The notes under the pieces: generated by a model | What the model was told of the DNA's origin: nothing | Database searches by the model: none | The model's input: the letters and a program-made list of their open reading frames with translations, nothing else | Program-made: the position numbers and the translations under genes | Part shown: in pieces, positions 8,926 to 17,870 of the stretch | Layout of the letters: each line of letters starts with the position of its first letter | Numbering within the stretch: position 1 is the stretch's first letter | Assembly: GCA_947053455.1 (NCBI GenBank) | Contig: CAMRSV010000003.1 | Coordinates: 1 to 64,000 of the forward strand | Origin: an uncultured Alphaproteobacteria bacterium | GTDB lineage: Bacteria > Pseudomonadota > Alphaproteobacteria > Rs-D84 | Direction of reading: 5' to 3' | Length of the DNA: 64,000 bases

Positions 8926-9711
8926 CTAGTTTTTTCGTTGAACAAATAAACGAATATATTTTGATTTTCCATTTATACGACATACTTTTTTATCATATGT
9001 AAAATCCTTGTCGCGTCCCAATATCTGAAAAACATCTGGATTATACCATTGTAAAAATGTTATTGGAACACCAACAATTCCCTTATAGTCTGGTGGAAAG
9101 TTAGATGATTTGTCGATATTAACCGCATCAGAATTATCATATTGTGGCATATCAACAGATTTTGTAAATGGTAATTCTGGTGGTATGACACCGTGTTTGA
9201 TATTTGTATACCATACGGCAGACACACCGCGAATACCATCGTTTGTAATAAAATTCATACCACCCGTCCAACGGCGTATACCAAACCAAATTTCATTATT
9301 TTTTATTTTATCAAATAATTTTTGATATCCAATCGCATTGTGATTCCCAATAATTAAAAATTGTTTTTCATGTTCTATCAATAAATCAACATATTCACGA
9401 AACAAAGAAAAAGGCGGGTTCGTGACAACGATATCCGCCGCTTGTAACTTTGCAATTGAGTCCTGACTTCGAAAATCATCACCGCCCAGACCACCGCTAT
9501 ACCAAACATCACGAACCAGTCCACGTTGTTTTAATTCCATAAAATAGCGAACAAAAGCGCTGGATTCAGTATCACAGTTACAATAAATAATTTTATTAAA
9601 AAAGTGCGCCAGATAATGGTCGCACTCCGCCTTGACGTCTTCGTACCGCGTGTAAAATTCATCGTTCCGTGCGGCACGCGCCCGGTGCAGTTTCTGATAA
9701 GTTCTGGGCAT
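8926..9711 (-). CDS. Adenine-specific DNA methyltransferase, EcoRI family
   Basis: ARNDEFYT, IYCNCD, DFRS, DIVVTNPPFSLFREY, FLIIGN and GVPITFL are hallmark motifs of the EcoRI_methylase family. Confidence 0.9.
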   Translation of the reverse strand: MPRTYQKLHRARAARNDEFYTRYEDVKAECDHYLAHFFNKIIYCNCDTESSAFVRYFMELKQRGLVRDVWYSGGLGGDDFRSQDSIAKLQAADIVVTNPPFSLFREYVDLLIEHEKQFLIIGNHNAIGYQKLFDKIKNNEIWFGIRRWTGGMNFITNDGIRGVSAVWYTNIKHGVIPPELPFTKSVDMPQYDNSDAVNIDKSSNFPPDYKGIVGVPITFLQWYNPDVFQILGRDKDFTYDKKVCRINGKSKYIRLFVQRKN

Positions 9712-9723
9712 AAAAAATCCTTT

Positions 9724-9832
9724 GAAAAAGAAAAAGCCCCGCGATAAAGCGCAGGGCTATATATGAAAAAAGCCGTCACCATGACGACCAAAACGTTAGT
9801 TATAGTATATCAGAAAAAAGGGAAAAAGTCAA
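9724..9832 (-). promoter_or_regulatory. MTase promoter and leader with two tandem terminator-like hairpins
   Basis: TTGACT(9832-9827)-17-TATACT(9809-9804); then GTCGTCA-tgg-TGACGGC-TTTTTT and AGCCCTGCG-ctttat-CGCGGGGCT-TTTTCTTTTT before the ATG. Confidence 0.65.
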
Positions 9833-9910
9833 TTCCATTATTATTAATAATGAATCTAAAATGTTGATTACGAACTTTTTGTCTGCAAATCCCACATGTA
9901 CCGGTTTAAC

Positions 9911-10621
9911 TTATTTCTGGAATTGCCGTTCCATCATATTTGTGATTTGCGGTGCGGGAACATAACGTTCAATATTCGGTAAAACACGCGCCCACGCTGC
10001 GTCTGAATTACCGATAATCTTTATATCCAGTTCAATACCATGACGCTTTGCCATCGCCAAGTTTTCCAATATGTTGTTCGCCCGCACGTCAATCTGCGAA
10101 TCGGGACAATTAACATAAATCTTTATGCACGGGTTGTTTTTTACGCGCCCCCCGTTTTCCAAAATCAATGATGCCATAAATTCATCCTGTGAATCCTCAT
10201 TCATGCTATCAATCGCTTCTTTGACAATCTTGCCGATACTTAAACGAAATGCCGCCAGTTTACTACCGGTTTGACGTTGAACACCATCAAGGATATAAAT
10301 ATTCATATCCTTGACGAACAAATCCGTCCGCGTCAGTGGGTCTTTGACCGGTTTTGGTTCAACCGGCCTAATCTCCATGTCATGAAAGAAATTTCCCGAA
10401 ACTTTAACCGATTCAGGTTGCGCTGCGTTCGATGCGGGTTGGGGCGAATGCGTCATATGGATAACCGCACTGTTCCAATATCCGCGCGCCACAGTCTCGG
10501 CAACTGATTGAGGAACAAATTCCTTGCCCTGTTTTATCAATTGCCCCAACCGTTCATCGGACAATTTGGAAAATGATTTCATCATTTCACTAAATGAATG
10601 TTCGCTGATTACCGGTGCCAT
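9911..10621 (-). CDS. Hypothetical protein, 236 aa
   Basis: Long ORF with AGGTGG RBS; no recognisable motif. Confidence 0.75.
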   Translation of the reverse strand: MAPVISEHSFSEMMKSFSKLSDERLGQLIKQGKEFVPQSVAETVARGYWNSAVIHMTHSPQPASNAAQPESVKVSGNFFHDMEIRPVEPKPVKDPLTRTDLFVKDMNIYILDGVQRQTGSKLAAFRLSIGKIVKEAIDSMNEDSQDEFMASLILENGGRVKNNPCIKIYVNCPDSQIDVRANNILENLAMAKRHGIELDIKIIGNSDAAWARVLPNIERYVPAPQITNMMERQFQK

Positions 10622-10763
10622 TTAACCCACCTTTGTATTTGATTGATAATATGCATTATATCACAAAATGCGACGTCTGTCAAAATACATAAAATAGATT
10701 TATTCTTGCCATTGGGCATAAATGAGGGTATCATTTAACCGGTAAAAAACAAGGATTACACAA

Positions 10764-13700
10764 ATGTCAAAATTGATTGTTGATGGAAATTGGGCGGCGG
10801 CCGACGTCGCATACAGATGCGTGGATTTCGCCGCGATTTACCCCATTACCCCCAGTAGTACCATGGGCGAATTGGCCGACGAATGGTCGTTCCAGCATAA
10901 AAAGAATATTTGGGGCGCAATCCCACAGATAATTGAAATGCAGTCCGAGGCGGGCGCCGCCGGCGCAATGCATGGCGCGCTGCAGATGGGTTCGCTTGCG
11001 ACGACTTTCACCGCATCACAGGGCTTGCTGCTAATGATTCCTAATATGTACAAGATTGCCGGCGAACAAACACCGTTCGTAATGCACGTTGCGGCGCGGG
11101 CACTTGCGACGCACGCGTTGTCAATCTTTGGCGACCACAGTGACGTTATGTCTGTTCGTTCGACCGGGTTTGCATTGCTATCCAGTCACAATGTACAACA
11201 GGCGTCCGACATGGCCGCAATTGCACATGCGGCAACCCTGCGGTCGCGTGTGCCGTTCCTGCACTTCTTTGACGGGTTCCGCACCAGTCACGAAGAATCA
11301 ATTTTGACGCGTGTCCCGGATGAAGTGCTGCATGAAATGATTCCGGACGAATTAGTCTTGGAAAACCGTGCACGCGGCATGACGCCGGACAATCCGACAA
11401 TCCGCGGCACCGCACAAAATCCCGACGTTTATTTCCAAGGACGCGAGGCGGCCAACCCGCTGTACATTAAAACACCAGAAGTTGTTCAGGAATGCATGGA
11501 TAAATTTGCCGCATTAACAGGGCGCAAATATAATCTGGTCGACTATGTTGGTGATGCGAACGCAGAAAACATCATTGTCGCCATGGGTAGTGCATGCGAA
11601 ACAATCGAAGAAACACTGCCGCATCTGCCAAAGGGGCTGGGACTGATAAAAATTCACCTGTATCGTCCATTCCCGGTCGAAGCGTTCCGCGCAGCATTGC
11701 CAAAATCGGTAAAGCGTATTGCAGTTCTAGATAGAACCAAGGAACCAGGCGCCATCGGCGAACCATTGTATCAAGATGTTAAAACCGTTGTGGGCGACAC
11801 GGCGGCTGTGTTCGGCGGTCGATATGGCCTGGGCTCCAAGGAGTTCAAGCCCCGCGACGTCAAGGCGGTTTATGAAAACTTGATGCGGGACACCTTAAAA
11901 CATAATTTCACAGTCGGAATCGAAGATGATTTAACGGGACTGTCGCTAAAGACTGACCCGGCGTTTGCGGTCGAAGCTCCGAATTTCAAGACGGCAATTT
12001 TATATGGCATCGGTTCGGACGGCACGGTTGGCGCGGTAAAAAATATTGTTAAAATCGTCGGCGAAAATTCAGACCTATATCCGCAGTCTTATGCCGTCTA
12101 TGATTCGAAAAAGTCCGGTGGGCTGACCGCGTCACACATCCGTTTTTCCGACGCCCCAATTAAAAGTCAGTATTTGATAGAAGTGGCCGATTTTATCAGC
12201 GTTTCAAACTTTATGATTGCGCGGCGCTTTGACGTGTTTCGTGGGCTGCGCGCCGGCGGCACGGTAATGATTAATACATCAATGGCGCCGGACGCGGCGT
12301 TTGCAAACCTGCCACGTGATGCGCAGGAACACCTTATCCGCATGCGGGCAAAGGTATATTTCCTGGACGCGAACCGCGCGGCGGCGGAACTGGGACTGGG
12401 GAACCGCATCAACACGTTTATAATGTTGAACTTCTTTAACCTGACGCATGTTATTGACCCGGCGGTTGCCGCAAAATCAGCCAAGGTTGCAATTGAAAAA
12501 ACATACAAGAAAAAAGGTATGGAAGTGGTCGAGGCAAACTGGGCCGCGGTTGACCGTGCGTCTGAATTCCTGCATGAATATCAGTTGCCGTCGTCGGCAT
12601 CAAGCTTTGCACCAGATTTTGCACCATCTATGACCGCGGATGCGCCCGCACAACTCGCGGGAACATTGGGCGAAATCGCCGCACAACGCGGTGACGCGAT
12701 TCCGGTTTCCAGATTCCGCGTTGATGGCGAATTCGGCGGCGGGCAATACCCGGTTGGCACGGCAAAATATGAAAAGCGCGCCGTATCAGACCGCGTCGCA
12801 ACATGCGATTTGGAAAAGTGCATACAGTGCGGCAAATGCGCAACACTGTGCCCACACGCGGCCATACGCATAAAATCCATGACCGCAGACGAGGCGGAAA
12901 AGGCACGCGCAAAGGGTATTATTGTTGTTCCGATGAAGACACCGGAGCTTGGGCCCGACATGTATTTCACACTTAACATTTCGCCGGCAGACTGCACGGG
13001 ATGCAATATCTGCGTCAAAAACTGCCCGGTCAAGGCATTGGCATTGGCGCCATATAACGATGTCGCCGAAAAAAATCAAGCGGCGTTTGACGCGGCGCTT
13101 GAAATACCGGACGTACCGCGTGAAAAATTAAACTTGAATCTACCAAAGCATATCGAACTGTTGCCACATTATTTCGAATTCCCGGGCGCATGCGCGGGGT
13201 GCGGCGAAACACCGTATATCAGAATGCTGTCCCATCTGTTCGGCGATAGAATGGTTGTTGCGAATGCAACGGGCTGCTCGTCCATTTATGGGGCGAATTT
13301 GCCAACAACACCATGGACCCGCGATGCAGGTGGACGCGGGCCGGCATGGTCAAATTCACTATTTGAAGATAATGCGGAATACGGCCTGGGGATGCGGTTG
13401 GCATTAAATCAAAAGCGTAACACGTTAAAGGGGCTGCTGTTTGAATTAAACATCCCGAACGTGGAAGAAATGTTTAACGAAAACGACCCGGCAAAGCAGC
13501 GCGAGGCGGAAACCATGCTGCGCAAGAAGCTGGCGACAATTGACGGGCCACGTGCACGCATGGCGATGAGTTTGATTGGTGAAATCGTTGACAAGTCCGT
13601 GTGGATTATCGGCGGCGACGGATGGGCGTATGATATTGGATATGGCGGTTTGGATCACATTTTGCACAGCGGTGAAAATGTGAACATTCTGGTCTTGGAC

Positions 13701-14273
13701 ACCGAAGGCTATTCCAACACCGGCGGTCAACAGTCAAAATCAACCCCATTTGGCGCCAGCATGAAATTCGCCATCGGCGGCAAGGAACATGCGAAAAAAG
13801 ACCTGGGCATGATTGCAATGATGTCGGGTGCATATGTTGCACAGGTTGCGCTGGGCGCAAACCCGGTGCAAACCGCCCGCGCCTTCCGCGAGGCGGCCGC
13901 ATTCCCCGGCCCTTCAATAATATTGGCGTATGCACCATGTATCGCGCACGGGTTCCAATTACAAAACGGCCCGGAACATCAATCGCAATTGGTGTCAACG
14001 GGTGCATGGCCGCTGTATCGGTTTAACCCGATGCTGATTGATGCGGGACAAAATCCGTTGTCGCTGGATTCCCAAACGGAAAATCCAACACCATTGGCAG
14101 ATTTCATAAAAACGGAATCACGTTTTGGTGCAGCGCGCGCGGCAAATCCAAACTTTGACCATCTGGTTGAAATGGCCGAGGATAATAACCGCTACAAGCG
14201 CGAACTAAAACAATACATTGCGCACTTTGCGATGCAGAATAAGCCAAACAAAAAAGTAAACGGTGAAGGATAA
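10764..14273 (+). CDS. nifJ: Pyruvate:ferredoxin (flavodoxin) oxidoreductase, homodimeric type
   Basis: AIYPITPSS, EMQSEAGAAG, two CxxCxxCxxxCP ferredoxin motifs, GACAGCGETPY, ANATGCSSIY, GGDGWAYDIG TPP motif. Confidence 0.97.
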   Translation: MSKLIVDGNWAAADVAYRCVDFAAIYPITPSSTMGELADEWSFQHKKNIWGAIPQIIEMQSEAGAAGAMHGALQMGSLATTFTASQGLLLMIPNMYKIAGEQTPFVMHVAARALATHALSIFGDHSDVMSVRSTGFALLSSHNVQQASDMAAIAHAATLRSRVPFLHFFDGFRTSHEESILTRVPDEVLHEMIPDELVLENRARGMTPDNPTIRGTAQNPDVYFQGREAANPLYIKTPEVVQECMDKFAALTGRKYNLVDYVGDANAENIIVAMGSACETIEETLPHLPKGLGLIKIHLYRPFPVEAFRAALPKSVKRIAVLDRTKEPGAIGEPLYQDVKTVVGDTAAVFGGRYGLGSKEFKPRDVKAVYENLMRDTLKHNFTVGIEDDLTGLSLKTDPAFAVEAPNFKTAILYGIGSDGTVGAVKNIVKIVGENSDLYPQSYAVYDSKKSGGLTASHIRFSDAPIKSQYLIEVADFISVSNFMIARRFDVFRGLRAGGTVMINTSMAPDAAFANLPRDAQEHLIRMRAKVYFLDANRAAAELGLGNRINTFIMLNFFNLTHVIDPAVAAKSAKVAIEKTYKKKGMEVVEANWAAVDRASEFLHEYQLPSSASSFAPDFAPSMTADAPAQLAGTLGEIAAQRGDAIPVSRFRVDGEFGGGQYPVGTAKYEKRAVSDRVATCDLEKCIQCGKCATLCPHAAIRIKSMTADEAEKARAKGIIVVPMKTPELGPDMYFTLNISPADCTGCNICVKNCPVKALALAPYNDVAEKNQAAFDAALEIPDVPREKLNLNLPKHIELLPHYFEFPGACAGCGETPYIRMLSHLFGDRMVVANATGCSSIYGANLPTTPWTRDAGGRGPAWSNSLFEDNAEYGLGMRLALNQKRNTLKGLLFELNIPNVEEMFNENDPAKQREAETMLRKKLATIDGPRARMAMSLIGEIVDKSVWIIGGDGWAYDIGYGGLDHILHSGENVNILVLDTEGYSNTGGQQSKSTPFGASMKFAIGGKEHAKKDLGMIAMMSGAYVAQVALGANPVQTARAFREAAAFPGPSIILAYAPCIAHGFQLQNGPEHQSQLVSTGAWPLYRFNPMLIDAGQNPLSLDSQTENPTPLADFIKTESRFGAARAANPNFDHLVEMAEDNNRYKRELKQYIAHFAMQNKPNKKVNGEG

Positions 14274-14294
14274 ACTGTGCCACGGTTGGCTAAC

Positions 14295-14320
14295 AAAATC
14301 CCCCGAATGGGGGATTTTTT
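14295..14320. terminator. Bidirectional intrinsic terminator
   Basis: AAAATCCCCC-gaat-GGGGATTTTT between convergent genes. Confidence 0.8.
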
Positions 14321-14645
14321 ACTGCAACACAGGGCTTTGTGTAATTTTGATTTTTTGCAATTTGTTGTGCATTTCCATCGCTTTGTTGTGCATATGTCGC
14401 CATTGACGCGTCATATATTGATAATCGTTTATCATATAACGCGTGTGCATCATCAGTAATCCCATTTGGAATAATGTATCCAACAGGTGTTTTGGAATCT
14501 CAACCTCGCCATTTTCAAATAGGGTTAGTTCTTCACGACTTATTTTCAACATACGCGCCGTATCTTCGTGCAGAATTGATGCGTTTAATCGCGCCTGCTT
14601 TAGCGATTTGCCGATTTGCCATGCCTTCATTGTTAATGCAGCCAT
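14319..14645 (-). CDS. XRE-family HTH protein with coiled-coil tail
   Basis: IGKSLKQARLNASILHEDTARMLKISREELTLFENGEVEIP matches the HTH_XRE pattern; GGAG RBS. Confidence 0.8.
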   Translation of the reverse strand: MAALTMKAWQIGKSLKQARLNASILHEDTARMLKISREELTLFENGEVEIPKHLLDTLFQMGLLMMHTRYMINDYQYMTRQWRHMHNKAMEMHNKLQKIKITQSPVLQ

Positions 14646-14669
14646 TTTTTCACTCCGTGTTTTTGGTTA

Positions 14670-14838
14670 AACAAACGCCGTCTGGAAAAACCAAACGGCT
14701 GGAGGATGATAACTACCACAGATAGTGTCGCTTATTCAATATATTCACGACCCTCCAACCAATGGAGTTTTTGTGTTTAATGTCATCTCTGACACTGTGG
14801 ATGGGTTATCATACCCATGCGCCGGTTTTATCCTTTGC
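14670..14838 (-). ncRNA. Candidate structured cis-regulatory RNA, copy A
   Basis: Shares an identical 18-mer and all stems with 41225-41400, with compensatory changes; promoter TTGCAT-16-TATAAT at 14873-14846; terminator-like hairpin at 14699-14677. Confidence 0.7.
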
Positions 14839-14939
14839 GATGTGCATTATATCATAAAAATTAGTGGATGCAAATTTAATTGGTTATCAAGCCTCTTTTT
14901 CGGTTGCATGCGGGGCGCGGTTTGTTGTAAATTTGTAGT

Positions 14940-15368
14940 ATGAAAAAAATTATTTTGATTTTTGCAACAATGCTGTGTGCATGCACGTTTCAGACCAAGC
15001 ATCGCGGATATGTATTTCCGGCCAATCTGGAATCGGAAATTGCGTCAATAAAAACCACATCTCAATTACAGGATGTTATCGGCGCCCCCCAGGTAAAGAC
15101 AATCTATGGCGATGCCGTATGGATTTACTATGGCGCGGACGAAAATTACCGCGGCCCGTTGAAAAAGACATATAACAATCGCACGGTTCTGTTGGCCTGG
15201 GTTAATGGAAACCGCGTAACACAAACGCGCGTTTTGCACGACGCAGATTTGCCGCACGTCATGATTGACGAAGGTGAAACGGAAATCCCGGCGGCAATTG
15301 AATTGAACGCAATCCAGGAATTGTTTAACAATGTCGGCCGTTTTACACCGGCGGGATTGGGGCAATAA
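14940..15368 (+). CDS. bamE: Outer-membrane assembly lipoprotein BamE/SmpA
   Basis: Lipobox LCAC; HRGY; LQDVIGAP...WIYY; C-terminal QELFNNVGRF typical of alphaproteobacterial BamE. Confidence 0.8.
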   Translation: MKKIILIFATMLCACTFQTKHRGYVFPANLESEIASIKTTSQLQDVIGAPQVKTIYGDAVWIYYGADENYRGPLKKTYNNRTVLLAWVNGNRVTQTRVLHDADLPHVMIDEGETEIPAAIELNAIQELFNNVGRFTPAGLGQ

Positions 15369-15432
15369 ACAACAAAACCTGTTTGCAAAACGACTAAAAA
15401 ATGTGTAAAATAAGTGTGTCGAGAGAATAAAA

Positions 15433-15969
15433 ATGAAAAAGATATTTTGTTCCATGTTATTAATTGCCATAACCGCCACCGCACATGCAGCGTTTACGTC
15501 ATGCGGCCCAGGTTACATATTGACAACCCATTCTAAAATTGACGGTATTCCTGCCGCCGAATGTCAAAAATTATGGTGCCGTGATTTGGAAACCGGGAAA
15601 TCAATGGGTTCCGGCAATGCCGCCGCGTCCGGATATCGCGCAACATCCGCATCCCAGGAACTGTGTGATGCAAATGGCAATTGCATAGAATGCTTTGGTG
15701 AACGCAAATGGTGCAGTGGCGAAGTCATGGGTGGATGGAACCCGGAATACGGCGCATACACACGCAGCGGTGATGACACCGCAACATACACATCATACTT
15801 AAAAGGTTCGTGCTTTGCATGGCGCCTGGAACAGGCAAACTGCGAAGAAGGCAAGACCGCTATTTTGCAAAACGGTGAATGGATATGCACTACCCCCAGC
15901 GTTTCGACCGAGGCTGACCGTGGATCCAGCATACGGCGCACCGGCGGCGCACGACGCATACTGCGATAA
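15433..15969 (+). CDS. Secreted Cys-rich hypothetical protein
   Basis: Signal peptide ending TAHA; about 10 Cys; Arg-rich C-terminus; terminator at 15968-16000. Confidence 0.8.
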   Translation: MKKIFCSMLLIAITATAHAAFTSCGPGYILTTHSKIDGIPAAECQKLWCRDLETGKSMGSGNAAASGYRATSASQELCDANGNCIECFGERKWCSGEVMGGWNPEYGAYTRSGDDTATYTSYLKGSCFAWRLEQANCEEGKTAILQNGEWICTTPSVSTEADRGSSIRRTGGARRILR

Positions 15970-16081
15970 AAATTCGGGTTCAAATGAACCCGAATTTATT
16001 TTATGCCAAACGTTTGTTTTTCCTAATTTTTGTGATATAATGTTCGGTAATGAGAGAATGCAACCATAAAGAGTATGCAAG

Positions 16082-16645
16082 ATGGCAAGCAAGAAATTAG
16101 ATTTTAAGACCGGACAATATGTGGTATACCCAACCCAGGGCGTTGGTAAATTATTACGCATAGAAGAACAAACAATCGGCGACCAGAAAATTAAAATGCT
16201 GGTGATTGACTTTGAACGTAACCACATGACACTGCGCGTACCATTGGAACGTGCAGAAATTTCAGGTTTGCGCCCATTAATTACCACCAAAAAGATGGAC
16301 GAGGCAATCGCCGCCGCCAAGGGCAAGGCGGGCGCAAAACGCATGATTTGGGCACGGCGCGCCGCACAATACGAAGAAAACATAAATTCCGGTGACCCTA
16401 TGAAACTGGCCGAGGTTGTACGCGACCTGCAACGGCGCAGCGCAGCCGACACAATGACATTTTCGGCACGCCAATTATATCTGCGCGCATTGGAACGCAT
16501 GGCACAGGAATTTGCAATTCTGCATAAGATTAATTTAGACGAGGCATCCGAAAAGATAGAAGATATTCTGGGTGTTCCAAAGGAAATTGACTTAAACGCC
16601 ATCGACATTGACGAAGACGAAGAAATAGAAGACGAAGAGTCATAA
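16082..16645 (+). CDS. carD: CarD/CdnL-family RNA polymerase-binding regulator
   Basis: FKTGQYVVYPTQGVG, LRVP, GLRPL, WARRAAQYEENINSGD...AEVVRDL. Confidence 0.93.
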   Translation: MASKKLDFKTGQYVVYPTQGVGKLLRIEEQTIGDQKIKMLVIDFERNHMTLRVPLERAEISGLRPLITTKKMDEAIAAAKGKAGAKRMIWARRAAQYEENINSGDPMKLAEVVRDLQRRSAADTMTFSARQLYLRALERMAQEFAILHKINLDEASEKIEDILGVPKEIDLNAIDIDEDEEIEDEES

Positions 16646-16725
16646 AAAATCTCCCCATAAACCCCCACGCAAATTTTTTGCGTGGGGGTTTCTTTTGGGG
16701 ATTTTTTATTTTGTTTTATTATAAT

Positions 16726-17799
16726 TTATTCTGCAGATTCACTAGCCTGCAATTGGCTTCTAATATGTGCAATTGCATGCGCACGCGCCGCAATAACATC
16801 ATTTAGGTTAGCCCCCGTCAAATCGGACGCATGCCGTATTGCGTTTGCAAATGCCAACGCATCACTGTTTCCGTGTGTCTTTACCGCGAACCCGCGCAGC
16901 CCCAGAAACATTGCCCCCGCATAAGAACGCGGATCAATTTTATGCTTTAAACGCTTGAAAACATGAACCAGGAAAAACGCCCCGATAATCGCCAAAAATG
17001 ATTTCTTTAAATTATCCATCAAAACGCGCTTTATCAATTTGGCCGTTCCCTCAACCGTTTTTAAAACGATATTGCCCGTAAAACCGTCTGTAACCACAAC
17101 TTGAACGTTTCCGGCACTGATATCATTACCCTCTACGAAACCGATATATTCGTATGGCAATTCTTCCTTATGTTCTTGCAGAATCTTGTTCAAATGCTGT
17201 AACTTTTCATTGCCCTTGGTGTCTTCTTCGCCAATGTTCAAAATGCCCAGTTTCGGCTTGCCCATTTTACCGATAACCTCGGCATAAACACTGCCCAGGA
17301 CTGCAAAATCAAACAGATTTTCTTCGTCGCATTGAACATTTGCGCCCAAATCCAGCAGTACTACACGCGAATCCCCACCGCCAGATGGCAACATTGTTGT
17401 AATCGCCGGACGCGAAATACCGTCAATTGTTTTTAGCGCCAGTTTTGACAGTGACATCAAAACACCAGTATTTCCGGCACTAACCACTGCGGCAGACTTA
17501 CCTTCGCGCACGTCTTTGATTGCCATATACATTGACGTATCCTGGGCATGACGAATAATATCACGAACCTTGTCCGTGCCCTTGATTGCATTTGGTGCAT
17601 GAATAATTTCGCAATTACGCGCCACACGTGGATATTTAGCCAATAGTTTGTTTAGGCATTTTTCATCACCAAATACGCGAAAAAATATGCCGTCTTCGCC
17701 GTTTTGATACAGGAACTGGTTCATACCACCCATTACCGCGGCAGGACCTTTGTCCCCGCCCATGGCATCAATTGATATTATTTTCTTTTCAGTTGACAT
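16726..17799 (-). CDS. plsX: Phosphate acyltransferase PlsX
   Basis: IDAMGGD, SAGNTG, LDLGAN, LNIGEEDTKG, VTDGFTGN, KTHG. Confidence 0.97.
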   Translation of the reverse strand: MSTEKKIISIDAMGGDKGPAAVMGGMNQFLYQNGEDGIFFRVFGDEKCLNKLLAKYPRVARNCEIIHAPNAIKGTDKVRDIIRHAQDTSMYMAIKDVREGKSAAVVSAGNTGVLMSLSKLALKTIDGISRPAITTMLPSGGGDSRVVLLDLGANVQCDEENLFDFAVLGSVYAEVIGKMGKPKLGILNIGEEDTKGNEKLQHLNKILQEHKEELPYEYIGFVEGNDISAGNVQVVVTDGFTGNIVLKTVEGTAKLIKRVLMDNLKKSFLAIIGAFFLVHVFKRLKHKIDPRSYAGAMFLGLRGFAVKTHGNSDALAFANAIRHASDLTGANLNDVIAARAHAIAHIRSQLQASESAE

Positions 17800-17870
17800 G
17801 GTGCATTAAAAAAGCAGAAAGGCAACGCAATCACGCGCGCCAGTCTGCCCCTTCTGATATTATCGGTTGA

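Noticed and set aside
14670-14838. Assigning the repeated RNA to T-box, ZTP, glycine, cobalamin, fluoride or c-di-GMP riboswitches
   Set aside because: Their signature sequences (e.g. T-box UGGNACC, glycine GGAGA..CCGAAG, cobalamin GGGAA/GCCACUG) are absent, and the downstream genes do not fit.
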